Shown here: piece after piece, positions 10,257 to 20,714 of the stretch | Layout: each line of letters begins with the position of its first letter | Numbering within the stretch: the first letter of the stretch is position 1 | Assembly (NCBI GenBank): GCA_048886685.1 | Contig: JBHLKM010000009.1 | Span: 96,001-160,000 of the forward strand | Length of the DNA: 64,000 nt | Direction of reading: 5' to 3' | DNA from: Candidatus Hodarchaeota archaeon | GTDB taxonomy: Archaea; Asgardarchaeota; Lokiarchaeia; Sigyniarchaeales; SOKP01 | Notes under the pieces: model-generated | Told to the model about the DNA's origin: nothing | Seen by the model: only the letters and a program-made list of their open reading frames with translations | The model's database searches: none | Translations under genes and position numbers: made by a program

Positions 10257-11429
10257 CTAGGCCCCATTTTGTAATAATTTCATGAGGACTACATTAAAAT
10301 CCAAAACATCTATTGCTAAGTTATGTTTATTAGTCACTTCACGGAATTGATACTCACAAAATGGACATGAAGTAAGTAAGGTACGTCCTCCTAACTCCTC
10401 TATTTCCTTTAATCTTTTTAAGGTAGTTATCTCCGCTAATTCTGGAAAGGCAGAGCGTACACCTGAACCTGAACCGCAACAATTAGTGTCTTGACGGTTT
10501 TGTTTGAATTCCAAAAAAGGTATATTAAGTGTATTTAAAATAGTTCGCGGTTCTTCATATATCTCGAGACCTCGAGCCAAATGACATGGATCATGCCAAA
10601 TAATTGGACTCTTAATTTTATTGCTTAGTAAAGTTTTAACCTTTTGTTCAAGGTCCCCTAATTTCGAGATTTTATCAAGTAGATATTGAGTAAAGTGTAA
10701 TAACTTTGTAGTTCCAAATTTCTCTCCTAATTGTGATTTGAAAATCTCTTTAAAGGAAGTTAAGCATCCAGGGCAAGTAAAAATAATTTGTTTGGGTGGT
10801 TTTTTATGCAATTCATCAAACATTGGTTTAAGAATTTCTGCTAATTCTTCAGTATGACCAATCCTGTATAAAATCCCTGAACAACATGTTTCATCTTTTA
10901 ATACTCTTATCTCCTCTCCTAAAATTTTACATAATTTTATACTATTTAACGCAATTTCAGGAGTTCGATAAATTGCCATACATCCTGGAAAATAAACAGT
11001 TTCAGCATCAACATTATTTCTCAAATCTTCCCATTCTTGAGCTCTAGGTGCTTTTTCTCCAAAAGGATTACCATATTTTTTAATATTTTCAACAATTTTT
11101 ACGTGCGGTTTGGGGTAATTGTCAGCATCTACTAATAATTTCTTACCAGTGTAAATGATTTCTGGTACATTGACGCCAGATGGACAAATATAATAACAAT
11201 GAGCACATCCTGTACAAGAAAAAAGCCTCTCCTTCGCTAACTCACTATTTTGAAATCTTAGATGGGGATTTTTGATCATACCATGCACAATACTCAGTTT
11301 TCCTCGAGCATAAGAGCTTTCCCAGCGTCCATCGTCATCAAATGCAGGGCATTCAAGATCTTTAGGACAGAAACCACATAAGCTACATTTCCAGACTATC
11401 CCCATAATATCTTCTTCATTCATCTTCAA
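10257..11429 (-). CDS. Fe-S oxidoreductase, GlcF/HdrD-like (2x4Fe-4S plus CCG domains)
   Basis: CSLCGFC, CTGCAHCYYICP, TCCSG, TCPGC, HDPCH, CCGSG, SCPFC. Confidence 0.9.
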   Translation of the reverse strand: MKMNEEDIMGIVWKCSLCGFCPKDLECPAFDDDGRWESSYARGKLSIVHGMIKNPHLRFQNSELAKERLFSCTGCAHCYYICPSGVNVPEIIYTGKKLLVDADNYPKPHVKIVENIKKYGNPFGEKAPRAQEWEDLRNNVDAETVYFPGCMAIYRTPEIALNSIKLCKILGEEIRVLKDETCCSGILYRIGHTEELAEILKPMFDELHKKPPKQIIFTCPGCLTSFKEIFKSQLGEKFGTTKLLHFTQYLLDKISKLGDLEQKVKTLLSNKIKSPIIWHDPCHLARGLEIYEEPRTILNTLNIPFLEFKQNRQDTNCCGSGSGVRSAFPELAEITTLKRLKEIEELGGRTLLTSCPFCEYQFREVTNKHNLAIDVLDFNVVLMKLLQNGA

Positions 11430-12913
11430 GCATCCTCCAAATTATCTAAAAAATTTAAAAGTTTTTTAGGGAATGAATACAACTTACCGGGATTTAAGAT
11501 ATTGTTTGGATCAAATATTTTTTTTATCTTTCTCATAATATCAATGGCATCTGTTCCATGTTCTAGGGGTAAATAAGGAGCTTTCCACACTCCACAACCA
11601 TGTTCAGCTGTCACCGAACCACCTAATGAAATTGCAAATTTTACTAATTCATTTTGTATTGAACTTAGTTTCTTTATATCATCATTAGATGTAATAGGAA
11701 TAGAACAGATTAAATGAACATTGCCATCACCTAAATGACCCATTCTAATACTTCCCAATTTATTCGCTTCCATAATCTTACCATATTTTTGCATTAATTC
11801 ATTGATCTTGCTAAATGGGACTGAAAAGTCTAAACTTGCGGGTAAATAAGTGCCTACATTTTGCACCGAAGGAGAAAGACGACCTATCGCAGGACCAGCA
11901 CCGTTTCTGGCGTTCCATAGGTATTCATGTTTAACACCTTCAAAAATTTCAGTGTTCGATGAAGATTTATCTTGTAAAAGTAACTCACTAATTTTATTGG
12001 CTTGAGTAGAAGTTATTTCATTATTCCCATCAAGTCTGATAAGAAGTGTTGCCTCTGCGTTTTTTAATGAAATTTTAGGTGTCAATCTTGCTAAATATGC
12101 ATTCATTCCCATGAGAGTTATTCGATCTACGAGTTCAAGGGACATAGGAGTTAATACTTCTTTAATTTTCTTGGCTGAGTTGACTGCCATTTCGATAGAA
12201 TCAAAAGACCCAATTACAGTCTTGAAACTCTCGGGAAGAGCTAGAAATTGAAGTGTAGCTTCGGTTATTATCCCTAAAGTTCCTTCAGACCCAACAAATA
12301 AGTTAAGTAAATCTAATCCAGAGACGGATTTTTTTACTAGCGTTCCAAACTGAAGGCTTTGTCCTGTTCCTAAAATAGCTTTTAGATTTAAAACATAATC
12401 CTTTGTTGTTCCGTACTTTATAACAGATTCACCAGAAGCATCATTTGCAATCATTCCTCCAATAGTACATACATCGGCAGATCCGGGATTACAAGGGATC
12501 CAATAACCTTTTTCAGTATTCTGTAACTTTTTACCAAGATCTATATAAAGTACTCCAGGTTCTACAACCGCATAATTATCGTCTGTATTTATTTCTAATA
12601 TTTTATTCATTCGAGTAAAATCTAAGATCAAACCGCCCTCTATTGGTAAGAATTGACCCCCAAAACTGGTTCCCGCACCACGTGGTATTATCTTTAGATG
12701 TTCTACATTGGCTAAATCTACTATTTCTTTAATTTGATCAGCATTTTGGGGTTTTATAACCATATCTGCCTTTAATTCATAATCTTCTTTAACCCAACTT
12801 AGAGCCCGGCTAAAACTATCATGAGAGTAACAATAAATTTCTACAGGATCATCTGTTATGTATTTTTCTCCAACAATACTTTTTAACTTTGATTTGACTG
12901 AATTATCTAACAT
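11426..12913 (-). CDS. glcD: FAD-linked 2-hydroxyacid dehydrogenase (GlcD / D-lactate dehydrogenase family)
   Basis: PRGAGTS, TIGGMIANDASG, GSEGTLGIIT, GHLGDGNVH, AEHGCG, FDPNNILNPGK. Confidence 0.88.
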   Translation of the reverse strand: MLDNSVKSKLKSIVGEKYITDDPVEIYCYSHDSFSRALSWVKEDYELKADMVIKPQNADQIKEIVDLANVEHLKIIPRGAGTSFGGQFLPIEGGLILDFTRMNKILEINTDDNYAVVEPGVLYIDLGKKLQNTEKGYWIPCNPGSADVCTIGGMIANDASGESVIKYGTTKDYVLNLKAILGTGQSLQFGTLVKKSVSGLDLLNLFVGSEGTLGIITEATLQFLALPESFKTVIGSFDSIEMAVNSAKKIKEVLTPMSLELVDRITLMGMNAYLARLTPKISLKNAEATLLIRLDGNNEITSTQANKISELLLQDKSSSNTEIFEGVKHEYLWNARNGAGPAIGRLSPSVQNVGTYLPASLDFSVPFSKINELMQKYGKIMEANKLGSIRMGHLGDGNVHLICSIPITSNDDIKKLSSIQNELVKFAISLGGSVTAEHGCGVWKAPYLPLEHGTDAIDIMRKIKKIFDPNNILNPGKLYSFPKKLLNFLDNLEDA

Positions 12914-13291
12914 AAATCTTCAATTTGAGTTTTAATTCCAATTAATTTAAGTAAGAAAGTATTATAAAAAAAATCAAGTATTATTTTTACCTTTTTTTAT
13001 CTCTTAATCTCCCCATTTATCATCACTATCGTCAAAAGCTTTCTTTTAGCTTTCACTAAACCTCTTTTTCATGAAATCTTCTGAATGTTTTTGATACCAC
13101 GCAAAAATTGCATTAAACCTGTTTAAAACATTTTTAATACTTTTTAGTCAAATTAGTGGAAATACTTTATTAACAAAATAAAAAACTTTAATTTCATTAA
13201 ACCTTAAACACAATTACTTAGTAGGTTTCGATTTAAAAACCTTAAATCACTGCAGATAAAATAAATTTAAGTAAATTTAGGGTAATAGAAT

Positions 13292-13744
13292 TTGCCAGTA
13301 TTTAGAGCTGATTTATATCTGAGAATCAAAATTTCAGATTTTGATTTAGTAAATTCAAGTGAAAAATTCTTAGAGATTTTAGAAAAATCATCTTGGTTGC
13401 GCAATATTCAAATGACAAAAGTCAGACAAGACAAAGAATTGCATGGAAGAATGGCAATTAATGAATGGTATGAAATTTCCGGTTCTATAGATGTCCCTGA
13501 GGGGAGTAAATCTTTCTGGGTTCTTTCAAAACAATTCTCTCAAGATGAGCCCTATAATTTTTTTGTGAGAATAGATCGGAATATTGAAGCGGAGGATTAT
13601 GATAGGGCTCAAAAAAAAGCTGCTGACTGGATAAAGGAGATATTAATTGAATCTATAAAAAAGGAATTTCTCGTTGATAATATTGAGGTTGAACCACCAA
13701 TAAATTTAAGAAAACAAGTATATCTAATGAGGGAATCAAAATGA
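13292..13744 (+). CDS. Hypothetical protein translationally coupled to the fumarate reductase flavoprotein
   Basis: 150 aa; ATGA overlap with the next gene. Confidence 0.7.
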   Translation: MPVFRADLYLRIKISDFDLVNSSEKFLEILEKSSWLRNIQMTKVRQDKELHGRMAINEWYEISGSIDVPEGSKSFWVLSKQFSQDEPYNFFVRIDRNIEAEDYDRAQKKAADWIKEILIESIKKEFLVDNIEVEPPINLRKQVYLMRESK

Positions 13745-15450
13745 ATTTTGAAATTATAGATACGGATGTTTTAATTGTAGGTGCAGGAGGTGCAGGATGT
13801 CGAGCAGCAATTGCAGCTTCAGAATTAAATCAAGATGTTCTTATCATAACGAAAGATATTTTAGGTAAAGCCCATACAGTTATGGCGGAGGGTGGATACA
13901 ATGCTGCTTTAGCAAACCTAGATCCTGATGATTCATGGGAAATACATGTACGCGATACATTAAATGCAGGAGCTTTTCTTAATGATCAGGAACTTGTTGA
14001 AACTCTCGCAAAAAAGGCTCCAGATCGGGTCTTTGATCTTGAAAGTTTTGGAGGAATATTTTCTCGTACACCAGATGGATTAATTATGCAACGTCCTTTT
14101 GGACATCAAACTTATCGAAGAACTTGTTATGCAGGAGATAGAACTGGTCATGAAATGTTAGGAACACTTACTGACGAATTAAGAAAAAGGGAAATCACGA
14201 TAATAGATGAAGTTTATGCAACATCACTTCTATGGGATAATAACCATGTAGCAGGAGTCACAATTATAGATATTAAATCAGGGATTTTTAAAGTAATTAG
14301 AGCATCTTCTGTTGTTATGGCAGCAGGAGGTGCGGGTAGAATTTATGAAACTACAACTAATGCTCAAGCTGATGTAGGGAGCGGTTATTCAATTGCTTAT
14401 AGAGCTGGTGTAGAGCTTATTGATATGGAACAGTTTCAATTCCATCCTACAGGAGTAGCTGTACCTCCCTCAGCCAGGGGTCGTCTTGTCACTGAAGGTG
14501 TTAGAGGTGAAGGAGGGATACTCTTAAATAAAGATGGTGAGCGATTTATGAAAATATATAATCCTAAATCAATGGAATTGGCTGGTCGGGATGAAGTCGC
14601 CAGATCCATCGCAACCGAGATTCGAGAAGGACGTGGAACCGAGAATGGGGCTGTATATCTAGATATTTCATTTATACCGTCTAAAATTATAGAAGAAAGA
14701 CTCCCTACAATGTTAGAGGATTTTCTCGATATTGGTTTAGATATTAGAGATGAACCAATGGAGGTTACTCCCACTGCACACCATATGATGGGGGGAATTA
14801 AAATTAATAAAAATACAGAGACAAATCTTAAAGGATTATATGCTGCGGGTGAAGTTGTTGGTTGTGTACATGGAGGTAATCGTCTTGGGGGAAATGCTCT
14901 TGCCGATACCCAAGTATTTGGACAAATAGCAGGAAATGTTGCTTCGATACATGCTAAAAGTGTCTCACCACCCAAACTTAATAGAAAAATTATAGATCAA
15001 GAATATTCTCGAGTTATAGCTCCTTTAGATCGAGAAGAGGGTATTGAAACTCCAAATGAAAAATCACAGCTCCAAAAATGCATGTGGGATAATGCAGGAA
15101 TATTCAGAAATGAAAAAGATCTTAAAGATGCTCTAAAATTCATAGAAAAACAACGAGAGCGAGTTATAACTCAGTTAATGGTGAAAAATAAAGCAACTAG
15201 ATATAATACAGAATGGGTAAGTTCTTTAGAATTATATGATATGTTAGATGTATGCGAAATGCTTGTTCGTTCAGCAATTATGCGTAAAGAATCACGTGGG
15301 GCTCATTATCGAACTGATTATCCTACAGCAGATCATAAACAATGGCTCGCAAATATTATAATCAAAAATCAAAATCAACAGATGATATTAGAAAAGAGAC
15401 CTGTTATAATAACAAAATGGAAACCACCATGGATTGGCAATTCCATATGA
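13741..15450 (+). CDS. tfrA: Fumarate reductase flavoprotein (TfrA / SdhA-FrdA family)
   Basis: GAGGAG FAD site, KAHTVMAEGG, QFHPT, TEGVRGEGG, HGGNRLGGNAL, ESRGAH. The partner subunit has the TfrB architecture. Confidence 0.85.
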   Translation: MNFEIIDTDVLIVGAGGAGCRAAIAASELNQDVLIITKDILGKAHTVMAEGGYNAALANLDPDDSWEIHVRDTLNAGAFLNDQELVETLAKKAPDRVFDLESFGGIFSRTPDGLIMQRPFGHQTYRRTCYAGDRTGHEMLGTLTDELRKREITIIDEVYATSLLWDNNHVAGVTIIDIKSGIFKVIRASSVVMAAGGAGRIYETTTNAQADVGSGYSIAYRAGVELIDMEQFQFHPTGVAVPPSARGRLVTEGVRGEGGILLNKDGERFMKIYNPKSMELAGRDEVARSIATEIREGRGTENGAVYLDISFIPSKIIEERLPTMLEDFLDIGLDIRDEPMEVTPTAHHMMGGIKINKNTETNLKGLYAAGEVVGCVHGGNRLGGNALADTQVFGQIAGNVASIHAKSVSPPKLNRKIIDQEYSRVIAPLDREEGIETPNEKSQLQKCMWDNAGIFRNEKDLKDALKFIEKQRERVITQLMVKNKATRYNTEWVSSLELYDMLDVCEMLVRSAIMRKESRGAHYRTDYPTADHKQWLANIIIKNQNQQMILEKRPVIITKWKPPWIGNSI

Positions 15451-15453
15451 GGA

Positions 15454-17031
15454 GTGATAACAATGGTAGAAAAGCAAATTGTAAAGTTTAAAATTCTTCG
15501 GTATAATCCTGATGTTGACGATGAACCTTATTTCGTGAAATATGATATTCCCTATACTGGAACATTAGCTATTTTGGATGTCCTACAATATATATTTCAC
15601 AATATCGATTCTACTTTAGCTTATCGTTGGAATTGTAGGACTGGACAATGCGGTTCATGTGCTATTAATATTAATGGGATTCCAGGACTTGCCTGTCGAA
15701 CGGTTGTAAATCCCGCAACTAACTATGTTTTAGAACCTTTGTCTAACTTTCCAGTTATAAGGGATCTTGTTGTAGATCTCGGACCTGGTTTTAAACGTTT
15801 AGCAAAATTACGTCCATATTTAGAACGAACATCAGTACCTGATCTTCCAGAAAAACTTACAAGAGAGCAGATTTCGACATCTATGGATCTCAGATCTTGT
15901 ATTGAATGTTTTTCATGTTATGCTGCCTGTCCAGCGGTAGAATCTGCTAGACAAGAATTTTCAGGACCGATTTCCATGCGTGAATTGGCAAGTTTCGAAT
16001 TTGATCCTCGTGATGAAGGTGATCGTGTCCAAATAGCTGTGAGCAGTGGGATTTATGATTGTACTAGTTGTGGTTTATGTAAAGAAGTGTGTATTCCAAA
16101 GCATATCGATACTCGAAGGAAGGCAATAGAAGGTCTACGAGCTCGAGCGGTAGAACGTGGTATGGGTCCATTACAGGGGCATCAGAATTTTATTGACCAG
16201 ATTAAAAGCACAGGATATGCAATCGATGTAATTGATAAGCCTTTTACCGAACAAGTTCCAGATGTTATTAAGGTTGACAATCCTATTGATGAATTAATTT
16301 TTTTTCCAGGATGTTTAATAAACTTAAGACTTCAGCAGATAGGCCATAATATTATAGAAGTTCTAAAACGAAATCATATTCAAGTACATATACCAAAAGA
16401 TTTTGTTTGTTGCACTAGTGTAGCTTTTCGTACAGGTTCGCGAACTATAGCATATGATATGGTATTAAAGAATGTAGAATATTTTAGAAAGCTAGGAGTA
16501 ACCAAACTTGTAGGGCTCTGTCCGGGCTGTATGTCGACTATAAAACAAGATTGGCCCATTGTTCTACATGAACAGGGCAAAAAAGAGTATCAATTTGAAC
16601 CCTTTGATATTAATGAATATTTAATTAGAGAAATTGGTACTGAAAATTTAAATATCCAAGATTTGAAACCTCTTGAAATAAAAGTAACGTATCATGATCC
16701 ATGTCATTTAAATCGACATCAAGAAATCACTGAAGAGCCTCGTAAGTTATTGAGGTTAATCCCTGGAATTGAGTTTATAGACGTTGAGCAGAGTGATAGA
16801 TGTTGTGGAGCAGGAGGAGGTGTACGGGCGGGTCGAAGAGAACTTTCAGAGGAAATTTCAAGGATTAAATTAGATATACTAACTGAACCAAATCCAGATA
16901 TTATAGCAACTTCTTGTTCTTTTTGTTTCATTCAAATAGCAGATGCAATTAAACGCGCAGGCTCAAACACCAAGGTTATGAATGTTATAGACTTACTTGC
17001 TGCTTCTTATCGTGGTGAGAAATTGAAATAA
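15454..17031 (+). CDS. tfrB: Thiol:fumarate reductase Fe-S subunit (SdhB-like plus HdrD-like CCG domains)
   Basis: CRTGQCGSC 2Fe-2S, CIECFSCYAACP, CTSCGLCKEVC, then VCCTS, CPGC, HDPCH, CCGAG, SCSFC. No membrane-anchor genes adjacent. Confidence 0.85.
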   Translation: MITMVEKQIVKFKILRYNPDVDDEPYFVKYDIPYTGTLAILDVLQYIFHNIDSTLAYRWNCRTGQCGSCAININGIPGLACRTVVNPATNYVLEPLSNFPVIRDLVVDLGPGFKRLAKLRPYLERTSVPDLPEKLTREQISTSMDLRSCIECFSCYAACPAVESARQEFSGPISMRELASFEFDPRDEGDRVQIAVSSGIYDCTSCGLCKEVCIPKHIDTRRKAIEGLRARAVERGMGPLQGHQNFIDQIKSTGYAIDVIDKPFTEQVPDVIKVDNPIDELIFFPGCLINLRLQQIGHNIIEVLKRNHIQVHIPKDFVCCTSVAFRTGSRTIAYDMVLKNVEYFRKLGVTKLVGLCPGCMSTIKQDWPIVLHEQGKKEYQFEPFDINEYLIREIGTENLNIQDLKPLEIKVTYHDPCHLNRHQEITEEPRKLLRLIPGIEFIDVEQSDRCCGAGGGVRAGRRELSEEISRIKLDILTEPNPDIIATSCSFCFIQIADAIKRAGSNTKVMNVIDLLAASYRGEKLK

Positions 17032-17036
17032 AATTA

Positions 17037-17633
17037 TTAAATTCCTAATTTTTCATATATCTCTTTTTGGTTCTTTTCAACATCAATCTTCACTTGTTCA
17101 TATAAATTAGAACCATGAGAATCTATTGCGATTATCAAAGGGCCAAAACGTTTAACTTCCATAATCCATAATGCTTCAGGCATACCAAGATCTAACCAAG
17201 AAACCTCTAAAATTTTGTGTACCGCTTTTGCAGCTAATACTGCGGCTCCACCAATATAGGCTCCGTAAACAGCACCAACCTTTTGCATAGTTGCAGTCGT
17301 CTTGGGACCCATTCCTCCTTTTCCAATAATTACACGAGGTTTAAATGCTTCAAGAAACTCAGATTCAAACATTTCCATGCGAGTGCTTGTGGTTGGCCCT
17401 GCAGCGACAATTTCCCATATCCCCTCGACCTTACGAACAATAGGACCACAATGAAAAACAGCTAAACCAGATGGGTCTATTGGTAATAATTTCCCTTCTT
17501 TAAACCATTTTAATGCTCTCTCGTGTGCTTCATCCCTAGCAGTAAAAATAGTACCAGTAATATAGAGGATATCATTTGTATGTAATTTGCGAATATCCTC
17601 TTCAGATATTGGTGTAGTTAATTCATATTCCAT
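17037..17633 (-). CDS. Class I fumarate hydratase beta subunit (tartrate dehydratase family)
   Basis: TARDEAH, HCGP, GPTTSTRM, IGKGGM, DLGMPEA. Confidence 0.92.
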   Translation of the reverse strand: MEYELTTPISEEDIRKLHTNDILYITGTIFTARDEAHERALKWFKEGKLLPIDPSGLAVFHCGPIVRKVEGIWEIVAAGPTTSTRMEMFESEFLEAFKPRVIIGKGGMGPKTTATMQKVGAVYGAYIGGAAVLAAKAVHKILEVSWLDLGMPEALWIMEVKRFGPLIIAIDSHGSNLYEQVKIDVEKNQKEIYEKLGI

Positions 17634-17636
17634 AAT

Positions 17637-18515
17637 TTAATTCACCTCATGAGATGTAATAATTGTTTTTCCCTCTTTTGTAATAGTTGCTGATGCCCTT
17701 CTTGCTGCCCAACATTGAATTGCAAGCCCTACTGGAAATGAAGCAGGATGTCTCATGGTAGTCTCAATGTGGACATCTAAAACGGTTGTATCTCCACCTA
17801 AGCCCATAGGTCCTATCCCAGTTTGATTTAAAGCATCTAATAATTCTACTTCAATTTCTGCTATCCTTTCATTCGGATTACGTTGACCGATAGGGCGGAA
17901 AAGTTGTTCTTTTGCAATTTTCATACAAATATCAGCTCCACCACCAAGTCCTATCCCTATTATTGTAGGAGGACAAGGTTTTGCTCCTGCTTCAACAACT
18001 GCATCGATTACAAAACGCTTCATCCCTTTTATTCCTTGACCCGGTGTAAGCATTGTCAATTGAGACATGTTTTCAGATCCACCCCCCTTAGGAAAAACGG
18101 TAATTTCTAAATCAGTTCCATTATTAACCTTCCAATTAATCCATGGGATGCTTAAACCATCATTATCTCCAGGATTCTCATTCGTTAATGGATTTACTGT
18201 ATTAGGTCTTAAAGGAATCTCCTCTGTAGCTCTTCTAACTGAATTTCTAATAATTTCAGGTATTTGATCAATGAGAGGAAATTGTGCTCCAACGTTAACG
18301 TAAAAAATTTGAATTCCTGTATCCTGACAGATTGGTATTAAATGATTTTTAGCAAGTTTTACATTTTTTAGAATTGCTTCTAATTGATTTTTAGCCGTTA
18401 TGTTTCTTTCATTGTTAAAGGCTGTTTCAAGACTCTTAACAACATCATGAGGCAATTCTGTTACAGCTAGCCGCAAAAGTGATATTATTATTTCTTCTAA
18501 TTTGATAGCTTTCAT
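17637..18515 (-). CDS. Class I fumarate hydratase alpha subunit
   Basis: PICQDTG, KGGGSEN, PCPP, GIGPMGLGG, QCWAARR. Confidence 0.92.
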   Translation of the reverse strand: MKAIKLEEIIISLLRLAVTELPHDVVKSLETAFNNERNITAKNQLEAILKNVKLAKNHLIPICQDTGIQIFYVNVGAQFPLIDQIPEIIRNSVRRATEEIPLRPNTVNPLTNENPGDNDGLSIPWINWKVNNGTDLEITVFPKGGGSENMSQLTMLTPGQGIKGMKRFVIDAVVEAGAKPCPPTIIGIGLGGGADICMKIAKEQLFRPIGQRNPNERIAEIEVELLDALNQTGIGPMGLGGDTTVLDVHIETTMRHPASFPVGLAIQCWAARRASATITKEGKTIITSHEVN

Positions 18516-18567
18516 CTCTATATTCTCCTTTTAAATTACTTAATTTAAATTAAAATATATAATAATT

Positions 18568-20244
18568 TTAAAATATTTGGGGAGATTGATATTCTCCAAA
18601 TACTTCTCGTAGTACATCACAAATTTCTTGTATAGTAGCGTATGTTTTGACGGTTTCAATCATAATTGGCATAATATTTTCAGAGGAATAAGCAACTTTT
18701 TTTAGTTGATTCAACTTTTCTTTAACGAGACTTTCATTTCGATTTTTCTTTAAATCTTTAAGAGATTCAATTATTCTGTTCTCAAAATCTTTATCGTGTT
18801 TGAATGTTTCTATTTTATGTTCCTCATCAATACGAAAACTATTTACTCCGATTACTTTATCGATACCTTTATCGATTCTGATTTGTTCCAAATATGCGTT
18901 ATTTAGAAGTTCTTGTTGAATGAATGCATTTTCAATAGCTGCTGGCATACCACCCATTTTATCTATTTTTTCAATATATTCCATAGCTTTTTCTTCTAGT
19001 TTATTTGTTAAATATTCGAGATAATAAGAACCACCTAATGGATCAGCAACATCGGCTACACCTGTCTCATATGCAAGCACTTGTTGTGTTCTTATTGATA
19101 ATCTAGCTGAATCCTCAGTTGGCAGTGATAACGCTTCGTCTGCTCCACAGGTATGAAGAGATTGAGTACCTCCCAAAATTGCCGCTAAACCTTGGAGTGC
19201 AACTCGAACAATATTAACTTGAGGTTGTTGGACTGTAAGTGACATTCCTGCTGTGTGTACATGAAATCTTAATCTAAGAGAATTAGGTTTCTTAGCGCCA
19301 AACCGATTTTTCATAACTTTAGCCCATATTCTCCTCGCAGCTCTTAATTTCGCAATTTCCTCAAAAAAGTTGTTATGCGTAGTGAAAAAGAATGATAATC
19401 TTGGAGCAAACTCATCAACATCTATCCCCCTTTTAAGAACCTCATCAACATAAGAAATACCATCAGCCATAGTAAACGCAATCTCTTGGATAGCATTACT
19501 TCCGGCTGCACGCATATGATAACCACATATACTGATTGTATTAAATAGTGGTAGATGCTTAGAACAATATTCTATTATATCTGCTACTAATCTTAAGGAT
19601 GGTTTTGGAGGAAATATATAAGCACCCCTTGCTACAAATTCTTTCAAAATATCATTTTGAACTGTACCCATTAGCTTTTTTGAATCAATTCCCTGTTTTT
19701 CACCAACAGCAATATACATTGCTAAAATAACAGCGGTTGGGGCATTTATAGTCATGCTAGTAGAGACTTCATCTAAAGGTATCCCGTCAAAAACTCTTTC
19801 AAAATCCTTTAAAGAATTTACAGTGACCCCAATTCTCCCTATTTCCCCAATACATATATTATTATCAGAATCATAGCCCATCTGCGTAGGAAGGTCAAAT
19901 GCGACAGAGAGTCCCTTTTGTCCTTGAGATATCAAAAATTTAAATCTATCATTTGTTTTCTCGGCATCAGCAAACCCTCCATACTGTCTCATTGTCCAAA
20001 TTCTACCGCGATACATATTTGGATATACTCCTCGAGTAAAGGGTGGAGTTCCTGGAAACCCTAAATCTTCAATGAAGTCTAAACTTTCAATATCCTCTGG
20101 ACTATAAACTTGTTTTAAGGGTATTCCTGAGGGTGTTTCAAATTTGTCCTTACGTTCACCTCTATCTGTAAATTTAGATAAATTATTTTCTTCCCACTCC
20201 AATCTCTTGTTTTTTATTTTTTCAAGTTCTTTTCTAGAGAACAT
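18568..20244 (-). CDS. Methylmalonyl-CoA mutase, substrate-binding large subunit
   Basis: PFTRGVYPNMY, WTMRQYGGF, AFDLPT, QNDILKEFVARG. The Tyr and Arg specificity residues match MCM rather than the Phe/Gln of isobutyryl-CoA mutase. No B12-binding domain fused. Confidence 0.92.
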   Translation of the reverse strand: MFSRKELEKIKNKRLEWEENNLSKFTDRGERKDKFETPSGIPLKQVYSPEDIESLDFIEDLGFPGTPPFTRGVYPNMYRGRIWTMRQYGGFADAEKTNDRFKFLISQGQKGLSVAFDLPTQMGYDSDNNICIGEIGRIGVTVNSLKDFERVFDGIPLDEVSTSMTINAPTAVILAMYIAVGEKQGIDSKKLMGTVQNDILKEFVARGAYIFPPKPSLRLVADIIEYCSKHLPLFNTISICGYHMRAAGSNAIQEIAFTMADGISYVDEVLKRGIDVDEFAPRLSFFFTTHNNFFEEIAKLRAARRIWAKVMKNRFGAKKPNSLRLRFHVHTAGMSLTVQQPQVNIVRVALQGLAAILGGTQSLHTCGADEALSLPTEDSARLSIRTQQVLAYETGVADVADPLGGSYYLEYLTNKLEEKAMEYIEKIDKMGGMPAAIENAFIQQELLNNAYLEQIRIDKGIDKVIGVNSFRIDEEHKIETFKHDKDFENRIIESLKDLKKNRNESLVKEKLNQLKKVAYSSENIMPIMIETVKTYATIQEICDVLREVFGEYQSPQIF

Positions 20245-20269
20245 ATTCTCATTTCCTCCTTAAATTTAA

Positions 20270-20623
20270 TCAATTTGGTGAAAAAACATAATTATATATT
20301 TCTTTCCCATCTAGATCATCACAAATTTTAGTATAGATGGGTTTTAGTTCCATTCCAGTTTTTAAATTTTCTTGAATTGTCAATTGGCCAAGAGCTTTTA
20401 CTCCGTTTTCAAATTCAACAACTCCTAAGGCATATGAAGAATTTTTCCTAAATTCAGCAGGAGGTGCTTTTAAGATTGTAAAAGTAAGGAGTTTACATGT
20501 TCCTGAAGCATTTATATTTTCAAATGTACTATTTTTACATTTCAAACATCTTATATGAGATTTATGCTGTAAATACCCACAGTTTTTACATTTTATCCAT
20601 GTTTCTTTTTCTACTTTTTCCAT
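20270..20623 (-). CDS. DUF35 Zn-ribbon/OB-fold acyl-CoA-binding protein
   Basis: CKNCG...CLKC zinc ribbon followed by LTFT...PP.F...Y.LGVVEFENG OB fold. Confidence 0.9.
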   Translation of the reverse strand: MEKVEKETWIKCKNCGYLQHKSHIRCLKCKNSTFENINASGTCKLLTFTILKAPPAEFRKNSSYALGVVEFENGVKALGQLTIQENLKTGMELKPIYTKICDDLDGKEIYNYVFSPN

Positions 20624-20714
20624 TGTTGATTCATCTTTTCAAAGAAAAATTATTGTAAAATTCTTATTAATAATAATATAAACTCAATAAAATTCATTTC
20701 GGAGAACTTAGTTT

